A stretch of 64,000 bases of DNA from Candidatus Latescibacterota bacterium. GTDB lineage: Bacteria; Latescibacterota; UBA2968; GCA-2709665. Below are positions 51,487-62,400 of this stretch, one piece after another. Location of the stretch: the NCBI GenBank assembly GCA_965237675.1, contig OZ250150.1, forward strand, positions 3,808,001-3,872,000. Direction: 5' to 3'. The notes beneath the pieces were generated by a model. That model saw only the letters and a list, made by a program, of their open reading frames with translations. It did no database searches and was not told the DNA's origin. The position numbers and the translations under genes were made by a program. How positions within the stretch are numbered: position 1 is the first letter of the stretch; each line of letters opens with the position of its first letter.

Positions 51487-53106
51487 ATGGATAGTGGGAC
51501 TACCCTGATTTACGATGGTATCATCGTCGGCGCCGGACATAACAGTCTGGTTTTACAGGCTTATCTCGGTCGGGCGGGGCTGAAGGTGCTGTGCATCGAG
51601 CGGCGCAACGTCGCGGGCGGAGCCCTGGTGACGATTGAAGACGCCGGGAATCCAGGTTTTCGGCACAATACGCATTCGTTCTACCATCGGGCGCTGAACC
51701 GGATGCCGTGGTACCACGACCTGGACCTCGAACGACACGGCGCGGTATATCTGGAGCCGGCATTGAACGTCGCTCTGTTGTCGGAGGACGGCGATGCACT
51801 CGAGTGGTGGACGGATTTTGAGAAGACGGTTGACTCCTTCGCACGGTTCAGCAACACGGACGCCGCCACATTGAGGCGGTGGCGGGATGCGTTTTTGCCC
51901 ATCGTGGAACGGATTCTCATTCCGGAAGCGCAGTCACCGCCGCTGGAGCCAGCCCGTCGGCGGGCTTTGCTCGAACGAAGCAGGGAGGGCCGATTGCTTC
52001 TGGAGGTCAGCCGACTGTCGCCCCTCGAATTTGTCCGCAAGGAATTCAGGCATCCGGTGATTCAGGCCGGATTGCTTTTTTTTAACGGTTTGCGTGAGGT
52101 GGATCTGCGCTGTCCGGGGTTCGGTCACCATGTTGCGGGTCTCCTGGCCAGTTCAGGCAAGGCGCAGATGTGCCGCGGCGGATCGGTCGCTTTGGCGCAG
52201 GCGCTCACAGCCGCGGTTGCGGAGAGCGGTGGTGACTTGCGCCTTCGGACAGTACCCAAACGGTTCATTCTGGAAGGAGACCGCGTTGTCGGGGTGGAGG
52301 CGACAACGGGTGAGTGTTTCAGAGCCCGGCATTTTGTCGCATCCGGATTGAATCCTCACCAGACGTTTCTGGACCTGCTGGAGGGGGATGCGCTTCCGAG
52401 GAATTGGCGAGACCGTGTGGACGCATTCAGGTACAATCTCGTCGCCCCGCTGTTTGCGCTGAATCTGAATTTGAATGAGCCGCCACGTTACGCTGCCGCC
52501 AGAACGCAACCGAATCTGGATAAGGCGTTTATGGTAATTTTGGGGTTGGATCACGTGGATCGGTACCTTGAGATGGTGGCATGCCATCAGAAGGGGAAAA
52601 AACCGCCGAACATTATGTGGGGCAGTTGTCCCACCCTTTTCGATGCTTCTCAGGCGCCGGAGGGAAAGCATACCGCGTTTATGTGGGAGAAGGCACCGTA
52701 CAGGCTGAATGGAGACCCCAAACAATGGGATTCGGAACGGGATCGGCTGGGAAAGGAGATGCTGGAGGTGTGGTGCCGATATGCGCCGAATCTGAAGGAG
52801 AACCTGATTTCGTGCTTCACGCGCAGCCCGCTGGACGTGGAGCGCACGTTTCCGAATATGCGGGAGGGGGATCTGTTGATTGGCGCATTCACGAACGGTC
52901 AGATCGGGTACAACCGACCGTTTCCGGGAGCCGGACATTACAGGACGCACCTGCGGGGACTGTTTCTGTGCGGGTCCTGTTGCCACCCTGGTGGCAACAT
53001 TACGGGACTGCCGGGCTACAACTGCGCACAGGTCATTCTGCGTGACCTCGGCATCGACGCAGATTGGACGCCTGAGCCGATTGAAAGGCAATTGGAGCGG
53101 ATATGA
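51487..53106 (+). CDS. Phytoene-desaturase-like FAD oxidoreductase (COG1233)
   Basis: IVGAGHNSL, ERR..AGG, YRT..GLFLCGS..HPGG.ITGLPGYNCA. Confidence 0.88.
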   Translation: MDSGTTLIYDGIIVGAGHNSLVLQAYLGRAGLKVLCIERRNVAGGALVTIEDAGNPGFRHNTHSFYHRALNRMPWYHDLDLERHGAVYLEPALNVALLSEDGDALEWWTDFEKTVDSFARFSNTDAATLRRWRDAFLPIVERILIPEAQSPPLEPARRRALLERSREGRLLLEVSRLSPLEFVRKEFRHPVIQAGLLFFNGLREVDLRCPGFGHHVAGLLASSGKAQMCRGGSVALAQALTAAVAESGGDLRLRTVPKRFILEGDRVVGVEATTGECFRARHFVASGLNPHQTFLDLLEGDALPRNWRDRVDAFRYNLVAPLFALNLNLNEPPRYAAARTQPNLDKAFMVILGLDHVDRYLEMVACHQKGKKPPNIMWGSCPTLFDASQAPEGKHTAFMWEKAPYRLNGDPKQWDSERDRLGKEMLEVWCRYAPNLKENLISCFTRSPLDVERTFPNMREGDLLIGAFTNGQIGYNRPFPGAGHYRTHLRGLFLCGSCCHPGGNITGLPGYNCAQVILRDLGIDADWTPEPIERQLERI

Positions 53107-54221
53107 TTCCGCCGACCATATCTTATCTGACCGACATATATTTCGGATTCGGTGCCTCAGACATTCTACCGGACCTGCTATCCGATCTCAAGGTACGCCG
53201 GCCAATGCTGGTGACGGACCGGGGCCTGGCCAATTTGGGCATCGCGAAACGCGTAGGGCTCGGCAACGCGCCCGTTTACAGCGGTGTCAGGACCAATCCG
53301 TCGGAACAACAGGTCCTGGATGCGGTGGTTTTCTACCGGGCGGAGAGGTGCGACGGAATGGTTGCCGTGGGTGGCGGTTCATCCATAGACCTCGCGAAAT
53401 GCGCTGGAATTCTGATCCATCACGACGGACCCCTCGAGTCGTATGCGTTGCTTCGAGGTGGCACGAAACGGATCACCCTCCCTATCCCGCCGGTTGTCGG
53501 CGTGCCAACCACGGCCGGAAGCGGAAGTGAGGTGGGGAGAGCCGCACTGGTGACGTTGTATTCCGGTGACAAAGTGGGTTTTTTGAGCCCCTTGCTGACA
53601 CCCGTGGCGGCCGTATGCGACCCTGAGTTGACGCTGACGATGCCGCCATTTCTGAGCGTCGGCACGGGGATGGACGCTATTTCACACTGCGTGGAGGCCT
53701 TCTGCAGCCCGCGTTATAACCCCGTCGCGGATGCAATTGCGCTCGATGGACTGGAACGCGGGGGTCGTCATATTTTCAGCGTATTCCGGGATGGTGCCGA
53801 CCGGGAGGCCAGGGAGGGGATGATGATGTGCGCGTTGCAGGGCGGCCTGGCGTTTCAGAAAAGCCTGGGAGCCGTACACAGTTTGAGCCATCCATTGGGG
53901 TCATTGGACAAATCTTTGCATCACGGCACTCTGAATGGTCTGTTTCTTCCGGCCGTGTTGAGGTTCAACGCCAATTACTGTGTGGACAAATTCAACGCAA
54001 TGGCGCTGCGGCTGGGCCTGAAAAAGGGGTCCGATGTGGCAGACTACTTTGAGGAACTGAACAGGCAGTTGGGGTTGCCGTCGTGTCTATCCGAATTGGG
54101 GGTGACTCCCGAAGAACTGGAGCCGCTCGCGGTAAAGGCGGCGGCAGACCATTGCAGCCCAACGAACCCGAGGCCGTTGGATGAGGTCGCTTGTCGGAAT
54201 CTGTATCTGTCCGTTTTGTGA
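53103..54221 (+). CDS. Iron-containing alcohol dehydrogenase
   Basis: GGGSSID, PTTAGSGSE, GMDAISHCVE, HSLSH, HG. Confidence 0.93.
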   Translation: MIPPTISYLTDIYFGFGASDILPDLLSDLKVRRPMLVTDRGLANLGIAKRVGLGNAPVYSGVRTNPSEQQVLDAVVFYRAERCDGMVAVGGGSSIDLAKCAGILIHHDGPLESYALLRGGTKRITLPIPPVVGVPTTAGSGSEVGRAALVTLYSGDKVGFLSPLLTPVAAVCDPELTLTMPPFLSVGTGMDAISHCVEAFCSPRYNPVADAIALDGLERGGRHIFSVFRDGADREAREGMMMCALQGGLAFQKSLGAVHSLSHPLGSLDKSLHHGTLNGLFLPAVLRFNANYCVDKFNAMALRLGLKKGSDVADYFEELNRQLGLPSCLSELGVTPEELEPLAVKAAADHCSPTNPRPLDEVACRNLYLSVL

Positions 54222-54230
54222 GGGGGTATT

Positions 54231-55082
54231 ATGGCTCGCTTCACGCAGCTGGAGGAAGTCGGCTTGAAAGAGGCATTCAATCGTGACGGCTTTCTGATAA
54301 TGAAAGGGTTCCTGGCGCCGGCCGTGCTTGAAGGGGTTCGCGACGAACTGAACGTCCTGGTTGACCGGGACGCGTCGAGGTTGATGGCCGCGGGCCGAAT
54401 AACGGAAGATTTCAGTGAGATACCCTTCGAGACCCGTATCGCACGCCTGTACGAGAACTGCATGGACGTGGCGCCGACGTCATACCGGCCCGAATTGCAT
54501 GGACCGAAGTTATTCGACCTGTTCTTTCATTCGCGCCTTCTGGACGTCGTACAATTGCTTCTGGGTTCCGAGATCAGATTGTATCCGAATTATACAGCGC
54601 GTCCGAAGTTTCCAGAGTGGAAGGGAACGCTGGTTCTGTGGCATCAGGACGGGGGATATACGGCGCAGGCCGCCGATGGCGTGGAGTCTCTGAAGATGGT
54701 AAACATTTGGGCGCCCCTCGTTCCCGCCAGAGAGGAGAACGGCTGTATGCAGTTTGTACCCGGCACGCACAAACTGGGTATCGTGCCGCACGAAAAGCGC
54801 GAGTATTACCTGGAGATTGCAAAAAAAGAGTTGGATTTACGTCTGGGACAAGCGGTGTCAATCGAAGTGGATCCCGGCGATGTCGTCCTGTTTCACAATC
54901 TGATGTTTCACTGCGGTCTGCCTAACAAGACCCGGACGGTCCGCTGGAGCATGGACTGGAGGTACCAGGACGCAACTCAACCCACGATGCGGCAGCAAAA
55001 GGGGCACCTGGCCAGGAGCAGAACGACGCCGGAGAACGTCGTCAGAAATCGGAAGGACTGGGCAGATCGGATATTTCAATAA
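54231..55082 (+). CDS. PhyH family Fe(II)/2OG dioxygenase
   Basis: FNRDGF, WHQD, NIW..L....ENGCMQFVPGTH, GDVVLFH...FH...N.....R. Confidence 0.9.
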   Translation: MARFTQLEEVGLKEAFNRDGFLIMKGFLAPAVLEGVRDELNVLVDRDASRLMAAGRITEDFSEIPFETRIARLYENCMDVAPTSYRPELHGPKLFDLFFHSRLLDVVQLLLGSEIRLYPNYTARPKFPEWKGTLVLWHQDGGYTAQAADGVESLKMVNIWAPLVPAREENGCMQFVPGTHKLGIVPHEKREYYLEIAKKELDLRLGQAVSIEVDPGDVVLFHNLMFHCGLPNKTRTVRWSMDWRYQDATQPTMRQQKGHLARSRTTPENVVRNRKDWADRIFQ

Positions 55083-55219
55083 GCTGTCCCGATGAACGCG
55101 CGACGGCATTTCACCGTCTTCCGATTGAACCGGGTGCCAATGTGGAAATCCGCCGGCCAGCATAAAATCAGGTAAACGATACGGGTTGGAACCGGGTCGG
55201 CGTGTTCACCCACCCGGAT

Positions 55220-56035
55220 CTATAGCCCCGAGAAGACCTGGTAGATCGACAAAGCAAAGCCGGCGCCGGTCACCAGGAGAAGGAGAAAGGCGACGACGAC
55301 GGTGAGGCGACCCTCGCGCCAGCGAGCATTTATCACAAGTAGCCGCGAGGCCAGCCATCCCCCGCCAAATCCGCCGAAGTGAGCCCAGTTGTTGACGCCG
55401 TGTACGAGAAAGCCGAATATGAAGAGCATGATGGCCCACTGCCAGACCTGACGCGTCATCAGGGTGGCAAGGTTGGTCTTCTGGCTTCGACCATAGACGA
55501 TGAGGGCGGCCAGGAGTCCGAAAATCGAGCCGGAGGCGCCAAGCGTCGGGTAACCGGATACGGTATTCGAGAGCAGAAACCCCGCAACGCCGCCGGTGGT
55601 AAAGATGATGAAATAACGCGACGGGCCGTAAAGATTGCCGACCTCAGGGCCCAGTTGCCGGATCCACAGCACGTTGAAGAGTATATGGAGCAACCCGCCG
55701 TGCAGGTAGATGGCCGTGAAGAGGGTCCACAACGGGGCGTTGCCGTATGTCATTCCCAGTGCGACCATCGCAAAACGACCGGGTGAAAGCATGTCGAAAA
55801 AGCCGCCTCTCAGTGTCAGTGCGGCATCCAGGTCCAGGAGCAAGCTGAGCACATAAAGGGCGATACACGCCGTGGGAATCAGCGTGAGAATGTCAATTTT
55901 CGATCCGAAGAGCCGGCTCAATGCGGGGCCGAATCCCCAAAGGCCCGGGCGGTAGGCGCCACAGTACGGACATTTTTTTTCTTCGCTGCTAATGAGATTG
56001 CGGCAGTCAGGGCAGACCATCGAGGTTGGAGGCAT
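55220..56035 (-). CDS. Rhomboid intramembrane serine protease with N-terminal zinc ribbon
   Basis: CPDC..CPYC, HGGLLHILFN, GASG, NWAHFGGF. Confidence 0.92.
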   Translation of the reverse strand: MPPTSMVCPDCRNLISSEEKKCPYCGAYRPGLWGFGPALSRLFGSKIDILTLIPTACIALYVLSLLLDLDAALTLRGGFFDMLSPGRFAMVALGMTYGNAPLWTLFTAIYLHGGLLHILFNVLWIRQLGPEVGNLYGPSRYFIIFTTGGVAGFLLSNTVSGYPTLGASGSIFGLLAALIVYGRSQKTNLATLMTRQVWQWAIMLFIFGFLVHGVNNWAHFGGFGGGWLASRLLVINARWREGRLTVVVAFLLLLVTGAGFALSIYQVFSGL

Positions 56036-56819
56036 TTCGTCCCTCGGTTCGTAGGGTGGTCGTGGGTTTCGGAATCAGAGCGTGACATGATGTCACAACC
56101 GACTCTCCCCGCGTACCGGCGTTTCAGTTCTGTATGAGGAGTTTGCCCGCGTGCCGGGACGACAGTTCCCGCCAACATACACGTCGCCCACGCGGCACAG
56201 AGGGTTTCTATTCTGTGTCGACGGACTGTCCCCAGGTCTTGTCAGCCGCGGGTCGTTTGTACACCCGATGCTCAAGAATCAGCGAGAGTCCCGTCAGAAC
56301 CCGCTCCATATCGGATTGCGAGGTGTTTCCCATTGCGGCTATCCGGATGGCGGTATCACGCATCGGGCCGTATCCCGGTGCGAGTTGGACGTTTAACAGG
56401 GTCTTTACCGCATGGAGAAAGTTCGCCACCGGTACGGAACCGGGCATCCGGATGGTGGTGACCGTGGGGCTGCGAAATCCGGGTTGCGCAAGCAGAGCCA
56501 GACCGTGTTTTTTCGCCCAATCCCGTTGCATACGCGCGAGGTTCCGGTGCCGCACGAAACGGGTTTCCCCTTCATCCAGCATCTCCTCAAGGCGGGCAAC
56601 CAGACATCGCAACGTGAGGTCGGATACGGTCACAGGCGTCTGTGCGTGTGCAGCGCGGGAGTGCCACTCGATCAGATCCAGCACGTACCCGCGTCGCGTG
56701 ACGGCTCTTGCGGCTTGAAGCGCGCGTTCCGAGACGATCATCACCGAACCGATGGCGGGAATCGCAAAGTCCTTCTGGAGGCTCCAAAGATAATAGTCCG
56801 GTTGCATGGCGCCAATGTC

Positions 56820-58075
56820 TAGTGGTCGATTTCAGAAATAGGTATAATGTTGTCTGGAACCGGGTGTGTGCTTATAATAAGGTTGTCTCCCCGACCGCGT
56901 TGGGAGGTAACCGATGCCTGGACCGAAGCCGAAGTATCAACCCGAGTTTGAGACGGAGGAGATCGCAGAGGCTCGTAGGATTGCACGACAACGAACGGCA
57001 CCCAGCTCCCATGTTCACCGGGCCAAGATGGTCGTGATCTTGTCGGAGCATCCGGACATCTCGCACGAGAGGCTGGCTCAAGCCGTTGGGGTGCACCCGA
57101 GAACGGTGATGAAATGGCGAAAGCGCTGGTCGGTTGAGGGTTTTTCACTGTTGGATCAGCCTCGTAGTGGAAGACCCCCGGTTTTTCCCCCCCGAAAGCG
57201 TCGCTGAAATTAAGGCCATCGCCTGCCAATTGCCAGCCGTGCGGGAGATCCCGCTTTCCCGCTTCAGCCTCGCAGAGATGCTTCGGGAAATCCGTTCGGA
57301 GTCCACCGTGTCGATCTCCAGGAGCACGCTGTGGCGTCTCCTCAAACAGGACGCCATTCGTCCCTGGTTTCACCGATCCTGGATCTCTGTCAAGGATCCG
57401 CGCTTTCTGGAAAAAGCGGGCCCCGTTTTGGATCTGTATCAAGGTGATTATGAGGGCGTGCCACTGGGGCCCAAAGACTACGTCCTCAGTGCGGACGAGA
57501 AATCGCAGCTCCAGATCCTGGAGCGGGAGTTCCCGTGTTCACCGCCGGGACCGGGCAAACCCATTCACTGTGAGTCGGACTACAAGCGCCACGGGACCGT
57601 GGCCTACCTGGCCGCACTCGATATCAGAAGCGGAAAAATCTTTGGTCGTGTGGATCAAACCACGGGGATCGAACCCTTTCAGGCTCTGGTCGACCTCGTG
57701 ATGAAGCAGGAGCCGTATGCTTCGGCCGAACGCGTGTTCTGGATCCTCGACAATGGGGCTTCCCATCACCCGTCGACCTCCCCTGCGCGACTCCGGAAGG
57801 CTTACCCGAACCTGATCGCCATCCATCTTCCCGTCCACGCAAGCTGGCTCAACCAAATCGAGATCTACTTCTCTATCCTTCAAAGAAAGGCACTTACGCC
57901 CAACGACCTCGCAGACAGAAAGCAAATGGAAGACCGAATCCTCGGTTTTGAGCGCCGCTACAACCAAACTTCCAGACCCTTCAACTGGCGATTCACCCGC
58001 AACGACCTCGAAGAAAGGCTCCGCGAACTCAAAATCGCCGCCTAACTTGATACTAACTTCTGAAATCGACCACTA
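56820..58075 (+). mobile_element. IS630-family insertion sequence with duplicated TA target
   Basis: Ends TAGTGGTCGATTTCAGAAATAGGTAT and (reverse complement) TAGTGGTCGATTTCAGAAGTTAGTAT; inserted in CTAG. Confidence 0.95.
56914..58045 (+). CDS. IS630 transposase in two frames joined at a T5C7 run
   Basis: OrfA HTH ending PRSGRPPVF; OrfB with DDE motifs SADEKS, ILDNGASH, WLNQIE; junction GTTTTTCCCCCCC at 57181-57193. Confidence 0.9.
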
Positions 58076-58873
58076 GTTCAACCGCCCCGGCGATACTCAC
58101 ACCGTCGATGGCGACCAGCGTTTCGGGAGCCTGCAGGCGTGCATCCTCGCAAAGGGCGCCGACGGGGAGGGCGACCCCGGTAGCGGTTTCGTTGTGCGTG
58201 AGTAGCGCGATGTCGTAGCCACTCTGCAATGCGGCCCGCCATGTATCGGGTTCGACACCGTGTCCCCAGGGCACTCTCAGGAGGTCGATCGAGCGGCCAA
58301 GCCGCTCGAATACACATGCCCATCTGGCGGAGAACGCGCCCATATCGAGACCCAGCGCGCGATAGCAGGATGGTGTGTTGACGGCGATCATTTCCCAATT
58401 GTAGCTGCCGGAGTGTCCAAAGATGAGTGGCGTGAATCCTTCGGGAATGCGGAATGCCTCGCGGAGGAGGGTCACCGCCCGGGCGTATACGGTCTTGAAG
58501 TCTGTTGAGCGGTGGGAATAGGTTGCCCTGTAAGTACCCAGTACGCGTCCGACTGCCGGCGTGAGTGCGTGTGGTCCTGGTGTCCAGAGCGCGACATCCG
58601 GCAGGCGAAGGTGCTCGAATTCCTCGTTTCGTTCAGGGTTCATGCGAGCGCCTCGCCGGAGGGTAATCCATGGGGCATCGATCGTGCGTCTGAGCATCGG
58701 ATGTGTCCCTTCTCCACGGCACCTCACGCACGAGCCCGGGATCCAGAGACAGGTTGAAATGAACGGGTCTTCAGTTTCGGGGAGACATTCAACACGATTT
58801 CAACGACGTGTCGGTTCTTGGGTTTGAGAGTTCTGGCGCAAGGCAGGCGGCGTAGACGAAAGCCAATAAGAGC

Positions 58874-58901
58874 GCCCGTTAAACAGGCAGGTTTAACGGG
58901 C
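58874..58901. terminator. Hairpin downstream of tRNA-Gly, probable terminator
   Basis: GCCCGTTAAAC-AGGCAG-GTTTAACGGGC; weak U-tail on the tRNA strand. Confidence 0.6.
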
Positions 58902-58917
58902 TTTCGTGTGCAGAAAA

Positions 58918-58993
58918 TGGAGCGGGAAACGGGACTCGAACCCGCGACCCCAACCTTGGCAAGGTTGTGCTCTACCAGCTGAGCTATTCCCGC
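58918..58993 (-). tRNA. tRNA-Gly (GCC)
   Basis: GCGGGAA...TTCCCGC-T-CCA, anticodon TT-GCC-AA, GGTTCGAGTCC. Confidence 0.96.
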
Positions 58994-59024
58994 TCACAAT
59001 CCCCTGGATACCAGGTGAATTGGA

Positions 59025-59053
59025 AAAGTAAGTAATGGCCTGCGGGTTGTCAA
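59025..59053 (-). promoter_or_regulatory. Sigma70 promoter for tRNA-Gly
   Basis: TTGACA-N17-TACTTT. Confidence 0.65.
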
Positions 59054-59189
59054 GGTATAATGCGTTTTTCGTTAGTCCGTACAGGAACGCGGATTCGCCT
59101 GAAAGGAATTTCGCGGTCAAGAGAGCCTGTGTCGTTTCCCGGGGCGGGCGAGTCAACCCCCGTTTCCGGCTGAGGAACACGTGTTTGAG

Positions 59190-59218
59190 TTGACATTCAG
59201 GGTCGCGGGGGCCATATT
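59190..59218 (+). promoter_or_regulatory. Sigma70 promoter upstream of the fused hydantoinase leader
   Basis: TTGACA-N17-CATATT. Confidence 0.55.
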
Positions 59219-59493
59219 GTAGATTTCACCCCGCATGGGGTGTTATCAGTACCCGAATCCTGCGGGTATCGACGTCCTGAAGAAATTCAAAACGCGGCGA
59301 ATTCGGACATGGGGGACACGCGGTCTGGCCGCCGCTTAGACACCACAGGACCGGCGGTTCGTGTGGCTGAATCGATCCACGGGGCGGACCAACGGATTGT
59401 AAGACGTATTGTGGTTTTACCAGAAACGCGTCGCCGATTTATGGAAATCTGATACGATGGATGCCGTCAGGCATCTGAATGGAGCATGGAGGA

Positions 59494-62400
59494 ATGGCCG
59501 AAGAGACATTTGTCCTGGCGATTGACATCGGTGGCACGTTCACGGATCTCGTTCTGCTGGATTGTCATACCGGCCGTCAGGCGGTTGCCAAGGTGCCCAC
59601 GAGTTATCCCGATCCTTCCGAGGCTCTGCTGACGGGGATAGGCTCTGTATTGGCTTCCGTCAACCCCGGGTCCGTTCAACGCGTTATCCACGGCACGACG
59701 CTGGTGACCAACGCGTTGATCGAGCGCAAAGGGGCGCGCACGGGGCTTATCACGACGGCCGGATTTCGGGATGCGCTGGAAATCGGGCGTGAGGGTCGAT
59801 ACGATATTTACGATTTGTGGCTGGTGTTGCCCGAACCGCTTGTGGAACGCAGGTTGAGATTCGGTGCACCGGAACGGATGAATGTAAGGGGAGAGGTACT
59901 CGAAAATCTGAATGAAACCTCAATCCACGAGGCGTGCAGGATATTTCTGGAGGAAGGGGTCGAGGCGGTTGCCATCTGTTTTCTGCACGCATACGCCAAT
60001 CCGGAACACGAACGCCGGGCGGAGCAGATTGTTCGAGGAACGATGCGAGGAGTTGCGGTTTCGGTTTCGCATCAGGTGGCGCCCGAGTTGCGCGAATACG
60101 ACCGGACCTCCACCACGGTCGCCAATGCATATGTGCAGCCGCTTGCCGGGCGGTATCTGGCCGGCTTGGCCAAAGGACTGGAAACGAAAGGAATAACGGC
60201 ACCGTTGCATATTATGTTATCGAACGGCGGCGTTTGCTCGGCCGAAACGGCCGCGGCGTTTCCGGTGCGTCTTGTGGAATCCGGTCCAAGCGGCGGTGCG
60301 TTGTCAGGTGCCTATTGGGCCGAACAGTCAGACCGGCACAACGTCCTGGCGTTTGATATGGGCGGCACAACGGCAAAAGCGGTACTCGGCAGCGAGGGGG
60401 CGTTTCCCATTACGACCGAATCCGAGGTGGCGCGTGTCTATCGTTTCAAACGCGGCAGCGGGTTGCCGCTGTTGGTGCCGGTACTGGACATGATTGAAAT
60501 TGGCGCAGGCGGCGGCAGTATCGCACACCTGAACGAGATGGGGCTGCCCGCGGTCGGGCCGGAGAGCGCAGGATCGGTTCCCGGCCCTGCCTGTTATGCA
60601 CCCGGGGGTGAGGAGCCGACCGTGACGGATGCCGACCTGATACTGGGGATGCTGAATCCAGACTATTTCCTGGGTGGGAAGATGGCGTTGGACACTTACA
60701 GTGCCCAGAGCGCGGTTCATCGGCTGGCTGCGCGGTTGGGAATGGACGTGTGCCGAATGGCCTGGGGTATCCACAGGATGGTCAATGAGAATATGGCGAA
60801 TGCCGCTCGCGTTCACGCGGCCGAGCGCGGCATCGATATCCGAGGATATACCATGGTGGCCACCGGAGGCGCGGGTCCGGTGCATGCCTGTGGCGTGGCT
60901 GAGAGGCTGGGAATCGTCTCAGTTATCGTACCGCCGGCGGCAGGCGTGAGTTCGGCTTTCGGGTTGATGCTTGCGCCGATTTCATTTGACTTCGCCAGGA
61001 GTTACGTTGCCCGACTCGAGGCGGTAGACTACGAACGGCTGAACGGCCTGTTTGAAGAGATGGAACGTGAAGGTGAGGACGTGTTGCGGGAAGCGGGCGT
61101 GACCTCGGTCCAGATGCGGGTTGAGCGGACCGCGGACATGCGTTACGTGGGTCAGGGCCACGAAATCCGAATTCCGGTTCCTGGAGGCGAACTTGATTCC
61201 GGACGGGCGGTTAAAATCCGGACGGCGTTTGACAGGGAATATACACGCAAATTTACACGCACGTGTGAAGGTGTGGAAATAGAGTCCGTTCACTGGCGGG
61301 TTCGGATGTCCGGGCCGAAACCGGATCTCGGCGACGTGGAGACGGCGTGTTCGGCAGGTGGGGACCCGCGCAAGGGCGTTCGTGAGGTGTTGTTCAACGC
61401 GGAATCCGGTCCCGAACCGACGCCGGTATTCGACCGGTACAGGATGTCGGCTGGTTTTCGAGCGACGGGGCCCGTAATTGTGGAAGAAGTCGAATCCACG
61501 GCCGTCGTACCCCGCGGCTGGACTGTTTCGGCAGAGGCGTGCGGCAACCTGTTCCTGAGACGCCTGGAGGGTTCCGCAATGATGCCGGCAGATAAGCTGG
61601 ATGCCGTTCTCCTGGAGGTGCTGTGGAACAGGCTCATATCCATTGTAAACGAGCAGGCCGCCGCGCTGATGCACGCTTCGTTTACCACCGTGGTGCGGGA
61701 GGCCGGTGACCTGTCCGCCGGGATATTCAACCGGGGCGGCGACATGGTCGCACAGGCGGTGACCGGCACACCTGGCCACATCAATACCATGGCAACCTGT
61801 GTCCGACATTTCGCGAAAGCGCATCCAATAGACAGCCTGAAACCAGGCGACAGCCTGCTCACCAACGACCCGTGGCTGGGTTCGGGCCATCTACACGACA
61901 TTACCGTGGTCACTCCCGTTTTTCATCATGGCAGGGCTGTCGGATGGTTCGCCAATACATGTCACGCAATGGACATTGGAGGGCGGACGCTTGGAGCCGA
62001 TGCGCGAGAGGTATTTGAGGAGGGGCTCCATATTCCCATAATGTTCCTGTTCCGGGAGGGCGAGGTCAATCGGGATTTGATGGAAATCGTTCGGGCGAAT
62101 GTACGCACCCCGGATTCCGTGGTTGGAGACCTGTACGCACAGCAGGCGGGCAACGACGTGGGGGCCGCCAAGCTGGTGGAGATGATGGCGGAATACGACA
62201 TGGACGATATTGAGTCCCTTACGGCATTGATTCTGGATCGTTCAGAGGCCGCCACGCGGGATGCGATCGCCGAGATTCCCAACGGTACCTATACGGACGA
62301 GGTGGTCATCGACGGATTCGATCATCCGCTTAAGATCGCAGTTTCCATCCACGTAAAGGACCGGGAACTGACGGTAGACTACAATGGCACTTCACCGCAG

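Larger units (their letters stand above)
56208..58643 (-). pseudogene. Class-V PLP aminotransferase (serine/alanine-glyoxylate type) interrupted by IS630
   Basis: 5' half: TPGP, THNETATGV, DGVSIAG; 3' half: SLQK (PLP Lys), IRIAAMG. Removing the IS restores AVELDIGAMQPD and a 393-aa frame. Confidence 0.92.
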
